Part shown: one piece after another, positions 15,114 to 23,606 of the stretch | How the letters are laid out: each line of letters begins with the position of its first letter | Position numbering within the stretch: the stretch's first letter is position 1 | Notes under the pieces: generated by a model | The model's database searches: none | What the model saw: only the letters and a program-made list of their open reading frames with translations | Told to the model about the DNA's origin: nothing | DNA from: Candidatus Magasanikiibacteriota bacterium | GTDB lineage: Bacteria; Patescibacteriota; Patescibacteriia; Magasanikbacterales; UBA922 | DNA length: 56,288 nucleotides | Assembly: GCA_041675185.1 (NCBI GenBank) | Contig: JBAYUH010000003.1 | Coordinates: 1-56,288, forward strand | Direction: 5' to 3' | Made by a program: the position numbers and the translations under genes

Positions 15114-16248
15114 ATTTTATTAATTTTTTATACAACATTTCTATCTTTGGCACTATCACATCCCAACTGTAATGTTCATGAATAACCTTTTTATTTTCTT
15201 GTCCCATTTTTTTTCTTTCTTCTTCAGAAAGATTCAAAAATTCATATAAACATTTTTTCAAAGCTTCTACATTATTTTCTTTGAAAAGCATTTTTGGATT
15301 TTTGATTAGCTCTAGATGTTCAGTAATTGTGGACACTAATGTTGGTATAGCATAACTCATGCCTTGTAATACTGTAATAGGTAAACCTTCATTGAGAGAA
15401 GGATGTACCAAAGCCAAAGAATTCGCATATAGTTCTTCCAACACTTTACCTGACTGAAAATCAGTAAAGACTATATCATTGACATTGCTAGCTTGAATGT
15501 GTAGCTTCTTTATGTAGTTGTCTGTATAAGCAGAACCACCAACGATGGCTAATTTTATTTTTTGTATTTTTTCATCATTTGGATATTGTGCTTTTAATTT
15601 GTGAAAAGCTTCTATTAGAAAATGGGCGCCTTTGTGAGGAACTAGACGAGAAACCATGATAAAATATTTATTTTTTTCAAGAGAGAATTGTTTTATTTCT
15701 TTTGAACCAACAATATGTTCAATTTCATTGACTCCATTTGGTATGTATGTGGTTTTTCTATTAAATTCATTTATACAATATAGCTTTATACTATCTGATA
15801 CAGAAATAGTTTTGTGGGCAAAAGTACAAGCAGTTTTCTCACCAATTCTCAAGAATAATTTGGCAATACTATTCCATTTTTGGTGGTATCTATCTATAGA
15901 ATGAAAGGTAGTTACTACTTTTGTTTTTGGTGCAAAGATACGTGGTATCCAAGATAACAAAGAAGGACCAACACCATGGTAGTGGATGATATCGTATTTT
16001 TGAAATAGCGCATGAATAGTAGATGTAAAAGTATGTACTATAGCATCTAGATGTTTAGTGCGTATTGTTGGAGTATGTATGATATATACACCTTCGAATT
16101 TTTTGTTTAAATTTTTTGTATACCATTTACGACTATAGACTGTAACATCATTATTTTTGGCTAGACGCACAGACAAATCATGTACGTGTTTTTCCACGCC
16201 ACCATATAGAGCTGGTATGCCTTTTTGTCCAATCATGGCTATTTTCAT
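15112..16248 (-). CDS. glycosyltransferase family 4
   Basis: MKIAMIGQKGIPALYGGVEKHV N-terminus. HPSLNEGLPITVLQGMSYAIPTLVS motif. Confidence 0.85.
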   Translation of the reverse strand: MKIAMIGQKGIPALYGGVEKHVHDLSVRLAKNNDVTVYSRKWYTKNLNKKFEGVYIIHTPTIRTKHLDAIVHTFTSTIHALFQKYDIIHYHGVGPSLLSWIPRIFAPKTKVVTTFHSIDRYHQKWNSIAKLFLRIGEKTACTFAHKTISVSDSIKLYCINEFNRKTTYIPNGVNEIEHIVGSKEIKQFSLEKNKYFIMVSRLVPHKGAHFLIEAFHKLKAQYPNDEKIQKIKLAIVGGSAYTDNYIKKLHIQASNVNDIVFTDFQSGKVLEELYANSLALVHPSLNEGLPITVLQGMSYAIPTLVSTITEHLELIKNPKMLFKENNVEALKKCLYEFLNLSEEERKKMGQENKKVIHEHYSWDVIVPKIEMLYKKLIK

Positions 16249-16392
16249 ATATAATGGTATTTGTTAATAAAAATGTTTTTTTGTGAGTATTTTAAGCTTA
16301 ATTAAGCCTTTTTTTCCTTGATTACTAAAACAACATATTATAGCATAAAACAGTCCTTTTGTCAAGGTAGGCTATATGTGGTAAAATTAACC

Positions 16393-16427
16393 AAAGGCTT
16401 GAAAAGCCTGAAATGCTAGAAAGGCTT
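16393..16427 (+). repeat. dispersed repeat, family 3 (ggcttgaaa words)
   Basis: aaaggcttgaaaagcctgaaatgctagaaaggctt matches 47823-47857 at 33 of 35 positions. A related copy lies at 34612-34690. Confidence 0.8.
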
Positions 16428-16515
16428 GGAAGGTCTTTTTAAGTATAAATTTTTTAGATAAAATCTAGTAAAACCAATAAACTAATAAACTAATAATCTA
16501 TTAAACCAAAATACT

Positions 16516-17550
16516 ATGAAACCTATAAAATCATATTTTGAAGATGCACTCAAAGTTGGTGCTTCTGATTTACATTTGGTTGGTGGGGACAGACCTACTT
16601 TGAGAATTGAAGGTAATTTGAAAGAATTAGAAAAAGAACCAATATTTCCAGAAGAATTAGAAAAAGCTATCCTTACTCTTTTGGATTCAAAAAAGAAAAA
16701 GGCTTTTGAAGAAAATTTAGAATTAGATTTTGGAATGGAAGTCAACAATACTCGTTTTCGTGTCAATCTACATCGTCAAAATGGTACTGTGGGTTTGGCA
16801 GCTCGTGTCATACCAAAGGAAATACCTACACCACAGGATTTGCGTTTTGAACCACAATTGCTTGAAGCTACCAATCTAATGGATGGTTTGGTCGTGATTG
16901 TTGGTCCAACTGGTCATGGTAAATCTACTACTCTTGCCAGTATGATAAATGAGATTAACAAAAATCGTAAATCTCATATTATTACTATTGAAGATCCTAT
17001 AGAATTTGTTTTTAAAGATGATAAAAGTCTTATTGAACAACGTGAAGTTGGTACAGATACCAAATCTTTTGCTGAAGCTTTGAAACATGTTTTGCGACAA
17101 GATCCAAATGTGATTTTGGTAGGTGAAATGCGTGATCTTGAAACTATTTCTACTGTTTTGACTGCAGCTGAAACTGGACATTTGGTATTGTCAACTATTC
17201 ATGCTGCTTCTGGAGCAGATGCTATAGAACGTATTATCGACGTATTTGATGGACCACAGCAAAAACAAATAATGATCCAGCTAGCTTCTGTGTTGCGTGT
17301 AGTGATTACTCAACAGCTTTTGCCAACAGTAGAGGGTGGTCGTGTCGCTGCTCGTGAAATTTTGGTGAATAATTCTGCTGTATCTAATATGATCAAAGAA
17401 AGTAATGTGGCTCAAATTTATAGTGCTATCCAAACTGGAGCTGACAATGGTATGCAAAGTATGGAAAATTCTCTAAAAGATCTTTTGGCAGCGGGAATAA
17501 TTAGTGAGGAAGTCGCTGAAAAAAGAATGATGAAACATAGACAATTATAA
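16516..17550 (+). CDS. pilT: type IV pilus retraction ATPase PilT
   Basis: GPTGHGKSTT Walker A, ITIEDPIEF, VILVGEMRDLETI and GHLVLSTIHA motifs. 344 aa. Confidence 0.9.
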   Translation: MKPIKSYFEDALKVGASDLHLVGGDRPTLRIEGNLKELEKEPIFPEELEKAILTLLDSKKKKAFEENLELDFGMEVNNTRFRVNLHRQNGTVGLAARVIPKEIPTPQDLRFEPQLLEATNLMDGLVVIVGPTGHGKSTTLASMINEINKNRKSHIITIEDPIEFVFKDDKSLIEQREVGTDTKSFAEALKHVLRQDPNVILVGEMRDLETISTVLTAAETGHLVLSTIHAASGADAIERIIDVFDGPQQKQIMIQLASVLRVVITQQLLPTVEGGRVAAREILVNNSAVSNMIKESNVAQIYSAIQTGADNGMQSMENSLKDLLAAGIISEEVAEKRMMKHRQL

Positions 17551-17630
17551 TAATTTAGGAATTTTAAATTTTGAATTTTAAAACAATTCCTAAATTTTTT
17601 AATTTCAAATGCAAAAATATTGTATAATAA

Positions 17631-17698
17631 ATTACCTCGCAGTATCGTGCTTTAGACTGTTCAATCCTCTGATTCAGGCTGATGAGGTATATATCCAG
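17631..17698 (+). repeat. dispersed structured repeat, family 1 (short inverted variant)
   Basis: tacctcgcagtatcgtgc...cctctg...ctgatgaggta aligns with the reverse complement of 13690-13735. Confidence 0.6.
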
Positions 17699-17845
17699 GA
17701 AATATCTTTTGAAAATTTACGGTTTCTTAAATTTTTCCCTTAAAGGAAATTTTGAGATAAGCCTCTAGGAATAAAATGATTTAAAATTTCTAAATTGTAA
17801 AATTGTTTTAAAATTTAAAATTTCTAAATTAAAAATTTAATTCGT

Positions 17846-19621
17846 GTGCGAGTAAACTATCAAGTAAAACCAAAACAAATTTTCAAAAAAGAAAATCCAG
17901 ATTTTAGATTGAATCTGGCTGTTTTGATTTGTGCTGGTGCTTTTGTAGTTATTTCTATACGTCTATTTACTCTGATGATTTTGCAACATAGTTTTTATAC
18001 AACTCTTGCTTCTGGTTCACAAGATATGTATGAAAGTCTTTTTCCAAAACGTGGGGAAATTTTTTTGGAATCAGAAAATGGAGAAGATTTGTTTCCTTTG
18101 GCTATCAATCGTGATTTTTACACTATATATTCAGATGATAGATTGATCAAAGATAATCAAACAGCTGAAGATATCGTGACAAAATTGTCTGAAGTATTTT
18201 CTTATGATGATGAACGCAAAGCAAAAGTTTTGGCACAATTGGAAAAAACAGGTGATCCTTATGAACCATTGGAACAAAAAGTAGATGAAGAAACTGTTAG
18301 TAAAGTAAAAACAATGAATTTGGTTGGTATTGGTTTTTCTCGTTTTTCACAACGTTATTATCCTGAAGGAAATTTAGCTTCACAAGTGATTGGTTTTTTG
18401 GGTAAAGATGAATCAGGAAAAGATGTTGGGCGTTATGGTCTAGAAGGATATTGGCAACAGGAATTAGTAGGTAATGGGGGATTTTTGGAAGGTGCTAAAA
18501 CAGCTCAAGGTAGTTGGATTCCTTTGGCAGGTAGAGCTCTAAAACCAGCTGAAGATGGTGTGGATTTGATTTTGACTATTGATAGAACATTGCAATTTGA
18601 AGCTTGTAAAATTTTGGAAGAACAACAAAAATTATACGAAGCTGAAACTGCTGCATTAGTAATTATGGATCCTTTTACTGGCGCTATAAAAGCCATGTGC
18701 TCTAGTCCTAGTTTTGATCCTAATAAATATGGTGATGTGGAAAGTGCTGAGGCTTATAATAATCAAACAATATTTACGCCTTATGAACCTGGATCAGTTT
18801 TTAAACCTATAATTGTATCAGCTGCCTTGAATGAGGGTATCATAACACCAGATACAACTTTTGTAGACAAAGGTAGTGCAGATGCCAATTGTCAAAAACC
18901 AATTCAAAATGCTAACTTGAAAAGTTTTGGTTTGCAAACAATGACTGGTGTATTAGTAAATTCTATCAATACTGGTATGGTCTTTATTGCTAACAAACTT
19001 GGTAAAGATAAATTTAAACAATATGTAGAGTCTTATGGTTTTGGTGTGAAGACAGGAATTGAATTGGATACTGAAGCGGGTGGGACTGTAGATTCTTTGT
19101 ATCTTAATAAAGGTGATAAAGTAGATTGTTATACAGCAACAGCATCATTTGGACAAGGTATTTCAGTCACACCTCTACAACTTGTCAATGCTTATGCAAC
19201 TATAGCTAATGGTGGAAAAATGATGCGTCCTTATATTGTAGAAAAAGTAGTGCATGCTGATGGAAAGGAAGACATTACTAAACCAAGAGAAATAAAAACT
19301 GTACTAGACAAAAGAAACGCTAGTCTGTTGTCAGGAATGCTAGTAAGAGTAGTAGATGATGGTGAAGGTAGTTTGGCAAAAGTACCTGGTTATTATGTGG
19401 CTGGAAAAACTGGTACTGCTCAAATTGCAGGAAAAGGCGGGTATACAACTGATCTAAATCATACATTTATTGGTTTTGGACCAGTGGATGATCCAAAATA
19501 TGTGATGATTGTCAAATTTGGTAAACCAAAATTAGTATATGCTTCTACTACTGCTGCACGTACTTTTTCTAAAATTTCGCAGTTTATTATGCAGTATTAT
19601 CATGTTCAGCCAAGTAGGTAA
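17846..19621 (+). CDS. class B penicillin-binding protein (FtsI/PBP2-type transpeptidase)
   Basis: N-terminal TM. SVFK (SxxK), SIN (SxN) and KTGTA motifs appear in the correct order. GTG start. Confidence 0.9.
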   Translation: MRVNYQVKPKQIFKKENPDFRLNLAVLICAGAFVVISIRLFTLMILQHSFYTTLASGSQDMYESLFPKRGEIFLESENGEDLFPLAINRDFYTIYSDDRLIKDNQTAEDIVTKLSEVFSYDDERKAKVLAQLEKTGDPYEPLEQKVDEETVSKVKTMNLVGIGFSRFSQRYYPEGNLASQVIGFLGKDESGKDVGRYGLEGYWQQELVGNGGFLEGAKTAQGSWIPLAGRALKPAEDGVDLILTIDRTLQFEACKILEEQQKLYEAETAALVIMDPFTGAIKAMCSSPSFDPNKYGDVESAEAYNNQTIFTPYEPGSVFKPIIVSAALNEGIITPDTTFVDKGSADANCQKPIQNANLKSFGLQTMTGVLVNSINTGMVFIANKLGKDKFKQYVESYGFGVKTGIELDTEAGGTVDSLYLNKGDKVDCYTATASFGQGISVTPLQLVNAYATIANGGKMMRPYIVEKVVHADGKEDITKPREIKTVLDKRNASLLSGMLVRVVDDGEGSLAKVPGYYVAGKTGTAQIAGKGGYTTDLNHTFIGFGPVDDPKYVMIVKFGKPKLVYASTTAARTFSKISQFIMQYYHVQPSR

Positions 19622-19646
19622 TTTATTTTTTAATCAATATAGACCT

Positions 19647-19675
19647 TTGACTTTTTTTGGAAAATGTAGTATATT
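19647..19675 (+). promoter_or_regulatory. sigma70-type promoter TTGACT-17 nt-TATATT upstream of tRNA-Glu
   Basis: ttgact at 19647-19652, a 17-nt spacer, and tatatt at 19670-19675. Confidence 0.5.
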
Positions 19676-19724
19676 ATTTTGGCTTTGTGATTGTTTTAAG
19701 ATAATCACTAGTCACTATATTTTT

Positions 19725-19796
19725 GGCCCGTTCGTCTAGTGGCTAGGACGCTAGGTTCTCATCCTAGTAACAGGAGTTCGATTCTCCTACGGGCTA
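19725..19796 (+). tRNA. tRNA-Glu (anticodon CTC)
   Basis: Cloverleaf folded by hand. Acceptor ggcccgt/acgggct. D-arm ttcgtctagtggctaggacg is typical of tRNA-Glu. Anticodon stem ctagg/cctag with loop ttCTCat. T-arm ggagttcgattctcc. No encoded CCA. Confidence 0.9.
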
Positions 19797-19897
19797 CAGT
19801 AGAAAATTACAATTTAAAATAAACAAATTCCAAATAAATTATAGTAAACAACAGTTTTAATTTGTAATTTGTAAATTGTTATTTGTATATTTCAAAT

Positions 19898-19971
19898 GTC
19901 AGGGTAGCTCAGCTGGTGAGAGCGTAGGATTCATAACCCTAAGGTCGGGAGTTCGAATCTCCCCCTTGACA
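19898..19971 (+). tRNA. tRNA with CAT anticodon (elongator Met, or Ile2 if lysidine-modified)
   Basis: Acceptor gtcaggg/ccttgac. D-arm tagctcagctggtgagagc. Anticodon loop ttCATaa. T-arm gggagttcgaatctccc. G1-C72 pairs and the three G-C anticodon-stem pairs are absent, which argues against an initiator. Confidence 0.85.
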
Positions 19972-19977
19972 CACACA

Positions 19978-20012
19978 ACCCCGCCCTTCGCGAAAGGCGG
20001 GGTGATATTTTT
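19978..20012 (+). terminator. GC hairpin terminator after the tRNAs
   Basis: accccgcc / ggcggggt stem with loop cttcgcgaaa. The module is nearly the same as the one at 30310-30348. Confidence 0.55.
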
Positions 20013-20018
20013 CAAAAT

Positions 20019-20046
20019 AAAAACTACCAAATTATTGGTAGTTTTT
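20019..20046. terminator. bidirectional terminator (tRNAs on + / lipoprotein gene on -)
   Basis: aaaaactaccaa (20019-20030) pairs perfectly with ttggtagttttt (20035-20046). The loop is 4 nt. Confidence 0.75.
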
Positions 20047-20060
20047 GTTTTTAGATTAAT

Positions 20061-20528
20061 TTATTTAATATCTACTTCCAAATCATTACTATAGACATCA
20101 CATTTATCATTTATAACAGCGCAAACTCGGATATGAGCTTTACCACTTGGAAGACCTGACCAAATTTTGCCAAAATGTGAACGTCCTCTTTCAAAATACC
20201 AAGTTGCAGGCTCTGTAGGATTAGCGTCTTTTCCATATACTAATCTCCATATTTCGACTTTATCTTTTAGCTCTTGTGATGCTGACCAATTTAGATTTAC
20301 TGTACCTTTTTTGGTTATTGGTTGTTCTGATAATATAAATTCGCTTGTGGTATTTTCTAATGTTGTATCAGTAGTTGTGGTATTTGTTTTTGTTACAATA
20401 GGTTCTGCCAATTTGACTTGTGGTGTTTCTGTTGTTGAAGTGTTGTTTGGTGTTGTTGTACTACTACAACCAGCTCCTATCAACATTAGTGCGATAGCTG
20501 AAGTTAATAAAAGATATGTTTTGCGCAT
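20061..20528 (-). CDS. lipoprotein with Thr-rich linker, unknown function
   Basis: Signal peptide MRKTYLLLTSAIALMLIGAGC with a lipobox. T/N-rich linker, then a roughly 90-aa globular domain. Confidence 0.7.
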   Translation of the reverse strand: MRKTYLLLTSAIALMLIGAGCSSTTTPNNTSTTETPQVKLAEPIVTKTNTTTTDTTLENTTSEFILSEQPITKKGTVNLNWSASQELKDKVEIWRLVYGKDANPTEPATWYFERGRSHFGKIWSGLPSGKAHIRVCAVINDKCDVYSNDLEVDIK

Positions 20529-20629
20529 AGGTTTTTTGATTATGAATAAATACTTTTTTAGATTAAAATGTCTTTTGTATACTTATTGTAGAATAAATTC
20601 GTTAAGTATGCAAGACGGTATACTAACAA

Positions 20630-20657
20630 TTGACAAAAAATACTATAATGGTATGAT
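20630..20657 (+). promoter_or_regulatory. candidate promoter TTGACA-16 nt-TATGAT upstream of uvrA
   Basis: ttgaca at 20630-20635 and tatgat at 20652-20657. This would give a leader of about 200 nt that contains the palindrome at 20736-20794. Confidence 0.35.
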
Positions 20658-20735
20658 TAGCTTGGTTCTTTAGATAATTAAGTGTAAGTAATTAAACCCT
20701 TATTTGAGGGCTTTTTGTGCTACCAAATAGACTAC

Positions 20736-20794
20736 AGTCTACAGACAACAGACTATGGATAGAACTTTAGTCAGTAGTCTGTTGTCTGTAGACT
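20736..20794. repeat. perfect 20-bp inverted repeat with 19-nt loop
   Basis: agtctacagacaacagacta (20736-20755) is the exact reverse complement of tagtctgttgtctgtagact (20775-20794). Confidence 0.9.
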
Positions 20795-20866
20795 TATTGG
20801 TTTTGAGGTGTGTATTTTTATTTATTTAATTTTGACTGTAAGAAAGCTTTATTTTAAGAAACGTCT

Positions 20867-23467
20867 ATGCAAGACAAAATTATTATTCGAGGTGCTAGAG
20901 AACATAATTTAAAAAATATTTCTTTAGAATTACCAAGAAACAAGATGATTGTTTTTACTGGACTTTCTGGTTCTGGTAAATCTAGTCTGGCTTTTGATAC
21001 TATTTTTGCTGAAGGTCAACGTAGATATGTGGAAAGTTTGTCAGCTTATGCTAGGCAATTTCTTGGTAATATGCAAAAACCAGATGTGGATGAAATAGAC
21101 GGTCTTAGTCCCGCAATTTCTATTGATCAAAGAGCTCATAGTGCTAATCCAAGATCTACAGTAGCGACGATTACTGAGATTTATGATTATTTACGTGTGC
21201 TTTATGCACGTATTGGTGAGCCATATTGTCCAGTTTGTGGTACTAAAATTGAAAAGATGACAGTGGATGAAATTCAATCACGTATCATGAATCACATATC
21301 ACGTATCAAAAAAGGCAAAGAAATAATTATTCTTTCTCCAGTTGTACGTGGTAGGAAAGGGGAATATTATCAAATGTTGTACGACATGTATAATAATGGT
21401 TTTCTTGAAGTGCGAGTTGATGGTAAAATGTATTCTCTCAAAGAAAGAATTATTTTGTCAAAAAATAAAAAACATACAATTGAAATTGTAATTGATAAAG
21501 TATTTGTTGCACCAGAAAACTTTAAGGAAATGAAACAGAGGCTTTCAGAAGCTGTGGAAACTGCTATAGATTTGTCGGATGGACTTTGTGGAATTATTTA
21601 TGATACAAAAACAGAAGATATCTATAGTACAGAATATTCTTGTCCGAAAGATGGTTATAGTTTTCCAGAGATTGAACCACGTCTTTTTTCTTTCAACAGT
21701 CCTTATGGTTATTGTAGTCATTGTACTGGTCTTGGTACCAAAGAACTTTTTAGTGAAGATGCCTGTCCGAAGTGTGAGGGAAAACGTCTCAATGAAAATG
21801 CGCTTAGTGTCAAAATTGCTGAAAAAAATATTTGGGAAGTGACTTCTCTTACTATTGGTGAGGCCAAAGTTTTTTTTGAAAATCTGATAGAAAGTTTGGT
21901 GGAAAATAGATTGGCAATTGCTTCAGCGGCTCTAAATGAAATAAATAATCGTCTTTCTTTTTTGAATAATGTGGGTTTGCATTATATTACACTCAATCGT
22001 CGTGCTGGGACTTTGTCTGGTGGAGAAGCACAACGTATTAGACTTGCTTCACAAGTTGGACAACAGCTTGTTGGTGCGCTTTATGTTTTGGACGAACCAA
22101 CAATTGGTTTGCATCAAAGAGATAATGATAGATTGGTCTCTACTTTGCGTGAACTTTGTGATAAAGGAAATACGATTATTGTTGTTGAACATGATGAAGA
22201 TACAATTCTAATTAGTGATTGGATAGTAGATATTGGACCAAAAGCTGGTGTACATGGGGGAGAGATAGTATATTCTGGTACTTTGGAAAATCTTTTGAAA
22301 AAAGATACAAATAGCAAAAAACAAACAAATAACAAATTACAAATTCCAAATGATGATAACTTTAATTGCAAGGTTTATGGCAATGCAAAGGATTCACTCA
22401 CGGGTAAATACTTGCGTGGTGAAGAAAAAATCTCAGTACCAGAGACAAGAAGAAAAGTAGATGGACATACGCCAAAAATAAAAATCAAAGGAGCAACAGA
22501 AAATAATTTGAAAAATATCAATGTAGAAATTCCTTTGCGTAGATTTATTTGTTTGACTGGTGTATCTGGTTCTGGCAAATCTACTCTCATGCACAAAATT
22601 TTGTATCGTGGAATTGCTAATCGTCTCAATCATGTTAACAAAAGAATTGGTGATCATAAAGAAATTTTGAATACAGAATACATTGATAAAATAATTAAAA
22701 TAGATCAAAAACCAATTGGTCGTACGCCGCGTAGTAATCCAGCGACATATACAGCTACTTGGGGTTCTATTCGTGAAATTTTTGCTAGTACTCCAGAAGC
22801 GCGTATTCGTGGTTATAAAGTTGGTAGATTTAGTTTCAATCGTCCGGGTGGACGTTGTGAGAATTGTGAAGGAAAAGGAAAACTAACAATTGAAATGCAT
22901 TTCTTACCAAGTGTAGAAATTGATTGTGATGTTTGTAAAGGTAAAAGATTCAATCAGGAAACTTTGGAAGTCCATTATAAAGAAAAAAATATTGCACAAG
23001 TGTTGGATATGACTATTGAAGAAGCTGAAGAATTTTTTGTTGATATTCCACAAATTTTTGATAAATTAAAAATGTTGAATAGCGTTGGGCTTGATTATTT
23101 GAAACTTGGTCAATCAGCTACGACTCTTTCTGGTGGAGAAGCTCAGAGAATAAAACTTTCCAAAGAATTAGCCAAAAGAAATACAACTAAAACTTTGTAT
23201 TTGTTGGATGAACCAACAACTGGTCTACATTATGATGATGTTAAGAAACTTGTTGGTGTACTTCAAAGTTTGGTATCAAAAGGAAATACTGTGATGGTAA
23301 TTGAACACAATCTTGATGTGATAAAATGTGCTGATTGGATAATTGATCTTGGTCCAGAAGGTGGTGATAAAGGTGGGGAAGTCGTTGCTTGTGGTACTCC
23401 AGAAGAAGTGGCTTTGAAATCAACAGTGAGTTCAACAGGGAAATATTTGAAGAGATTTTTGTCATAA
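20867..23467 (+). CDS. uvrA: excinuclease ABC subunit UvrA
   Basis: IIIRGAREHNLKNI start. Two ABC modules (GLSGSGKSSLAF, GVSGSGKSTL). LSGGEAQR signatures occur twice. Zinc-finger CxxC pairs are present. Confidence 0.95.
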   Translation: MQDKIIIRGAREHNLKNISLELPRNKMIVFTGLSGSGKSSLAFDTIFAEGQRRYVESLSAYARQFLGNMQKPDVDEIDGLSPAISIDQRAHSANPRSTVATITEIYDYLRVLYARIGEPYCPVCGTKIEKMTVDEIQSRIMNHISRIKKGKEIIILSPVVRGRKGEYYQMLYDMYNNGFLEVRVDGKMYSLKERIILSKNKKHTIEIVIDKVFVAPENFKEMKQRLSEAVETAIDLSDGLCGIIYDTKTEDIYSTEYSCPKDGYSFPEIEPRLFSFNSPYGYCSHCTGLGTKELFSEDACPKCEGKRLNENALSVKIAEKNIWEVTSLTIGEAKVFFENLIESLVENRLAIASAALNEINNRLSFLNNVGLHYITLNRRAGTLSGGEAQRIRLASQVGQQLVGALYVLDEPTIGLHQRDNDRLVSTLRELCDKGNTIIVVEHDEDTILISDWIVDIGPKAGVHGGEIVYSGTLENLLKKDTNSKKQTNNKLQIPNDDNFNCKVYGNAKDSLTGKYLRGEEKISVPETRRKVDGHTPKIKIKGATENNLKNINVEIPLRRFICLTGVSGSGKSTLMHKILYRGIANRLNHVNKRIGDHKEILNTEYIDKIIKIDQKPIGRTPRSNPATYTATWGSIREIFASTPEARIRGYKVGRFSFNRPGGRCENCEGKGKLTIEMHFLPSVEIDCDVCKGKRFNQETLEVHYKEKNIAQVLDMTIEEAEEFFVDIPQIFDKLKMLNSVGLDYLKLGQSATTLSGGEAQRIKLSKELAKRNTTKTLYLLDEPTTGLHYDDVKKLVGVLQSLVSKGNTVMVIEHNLDVIKCADWIIDLGPEGGDKGGEVVACGTPEEVALKSTVSSTGKYLKRFLS

Positions 23468-23606
23468 AAGCATTAAAACATAAAAATATTAAAACAACTT
23501 TGTAATATTAAACAGGATGTAAACAAATAATAAATACTAAATCACAAAATTGGAATTTGTAATTTGTTTCTTGTTTGTTACTTGTGATTTGTATCTTAAA
23601 GTTATT

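Noticed and set aside
17678-17701. CTGATGAG ... GGAAA, reminiscent of a hammerhead ribozyme core.
   Set aside because: Stem II cannot be closed directly onto GAAA because there are extra AG residues. The homologous copy at 13.7 kb reads ctgatcag/ctacgagg, so the catalytic G is not conserved, and no stem I/III with a cleavable UH site could be drawn. It fits better as one arm of the family-1 repeat stem.
20167-20673. 168-aa plus-strand ORF antisense to the lipoprotein gene, and the many other 60-130 aa track ORFs nested antisense in larger genes (for example 2262-2510, 2623-2946, 3283-3594, 14115-14405, 22114-22708, 29210-29548, 35186-35625, 44697-45086, 47035-47478, 48329-48730, 48862-49251).
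   Set aside because: They lie wholly or largely inside stronger, motif-supported genes on the other strand or in another frame. They have F/I/L/K/N-rich compositions typical of AT-rich shadow ORFs, and they have no start context.
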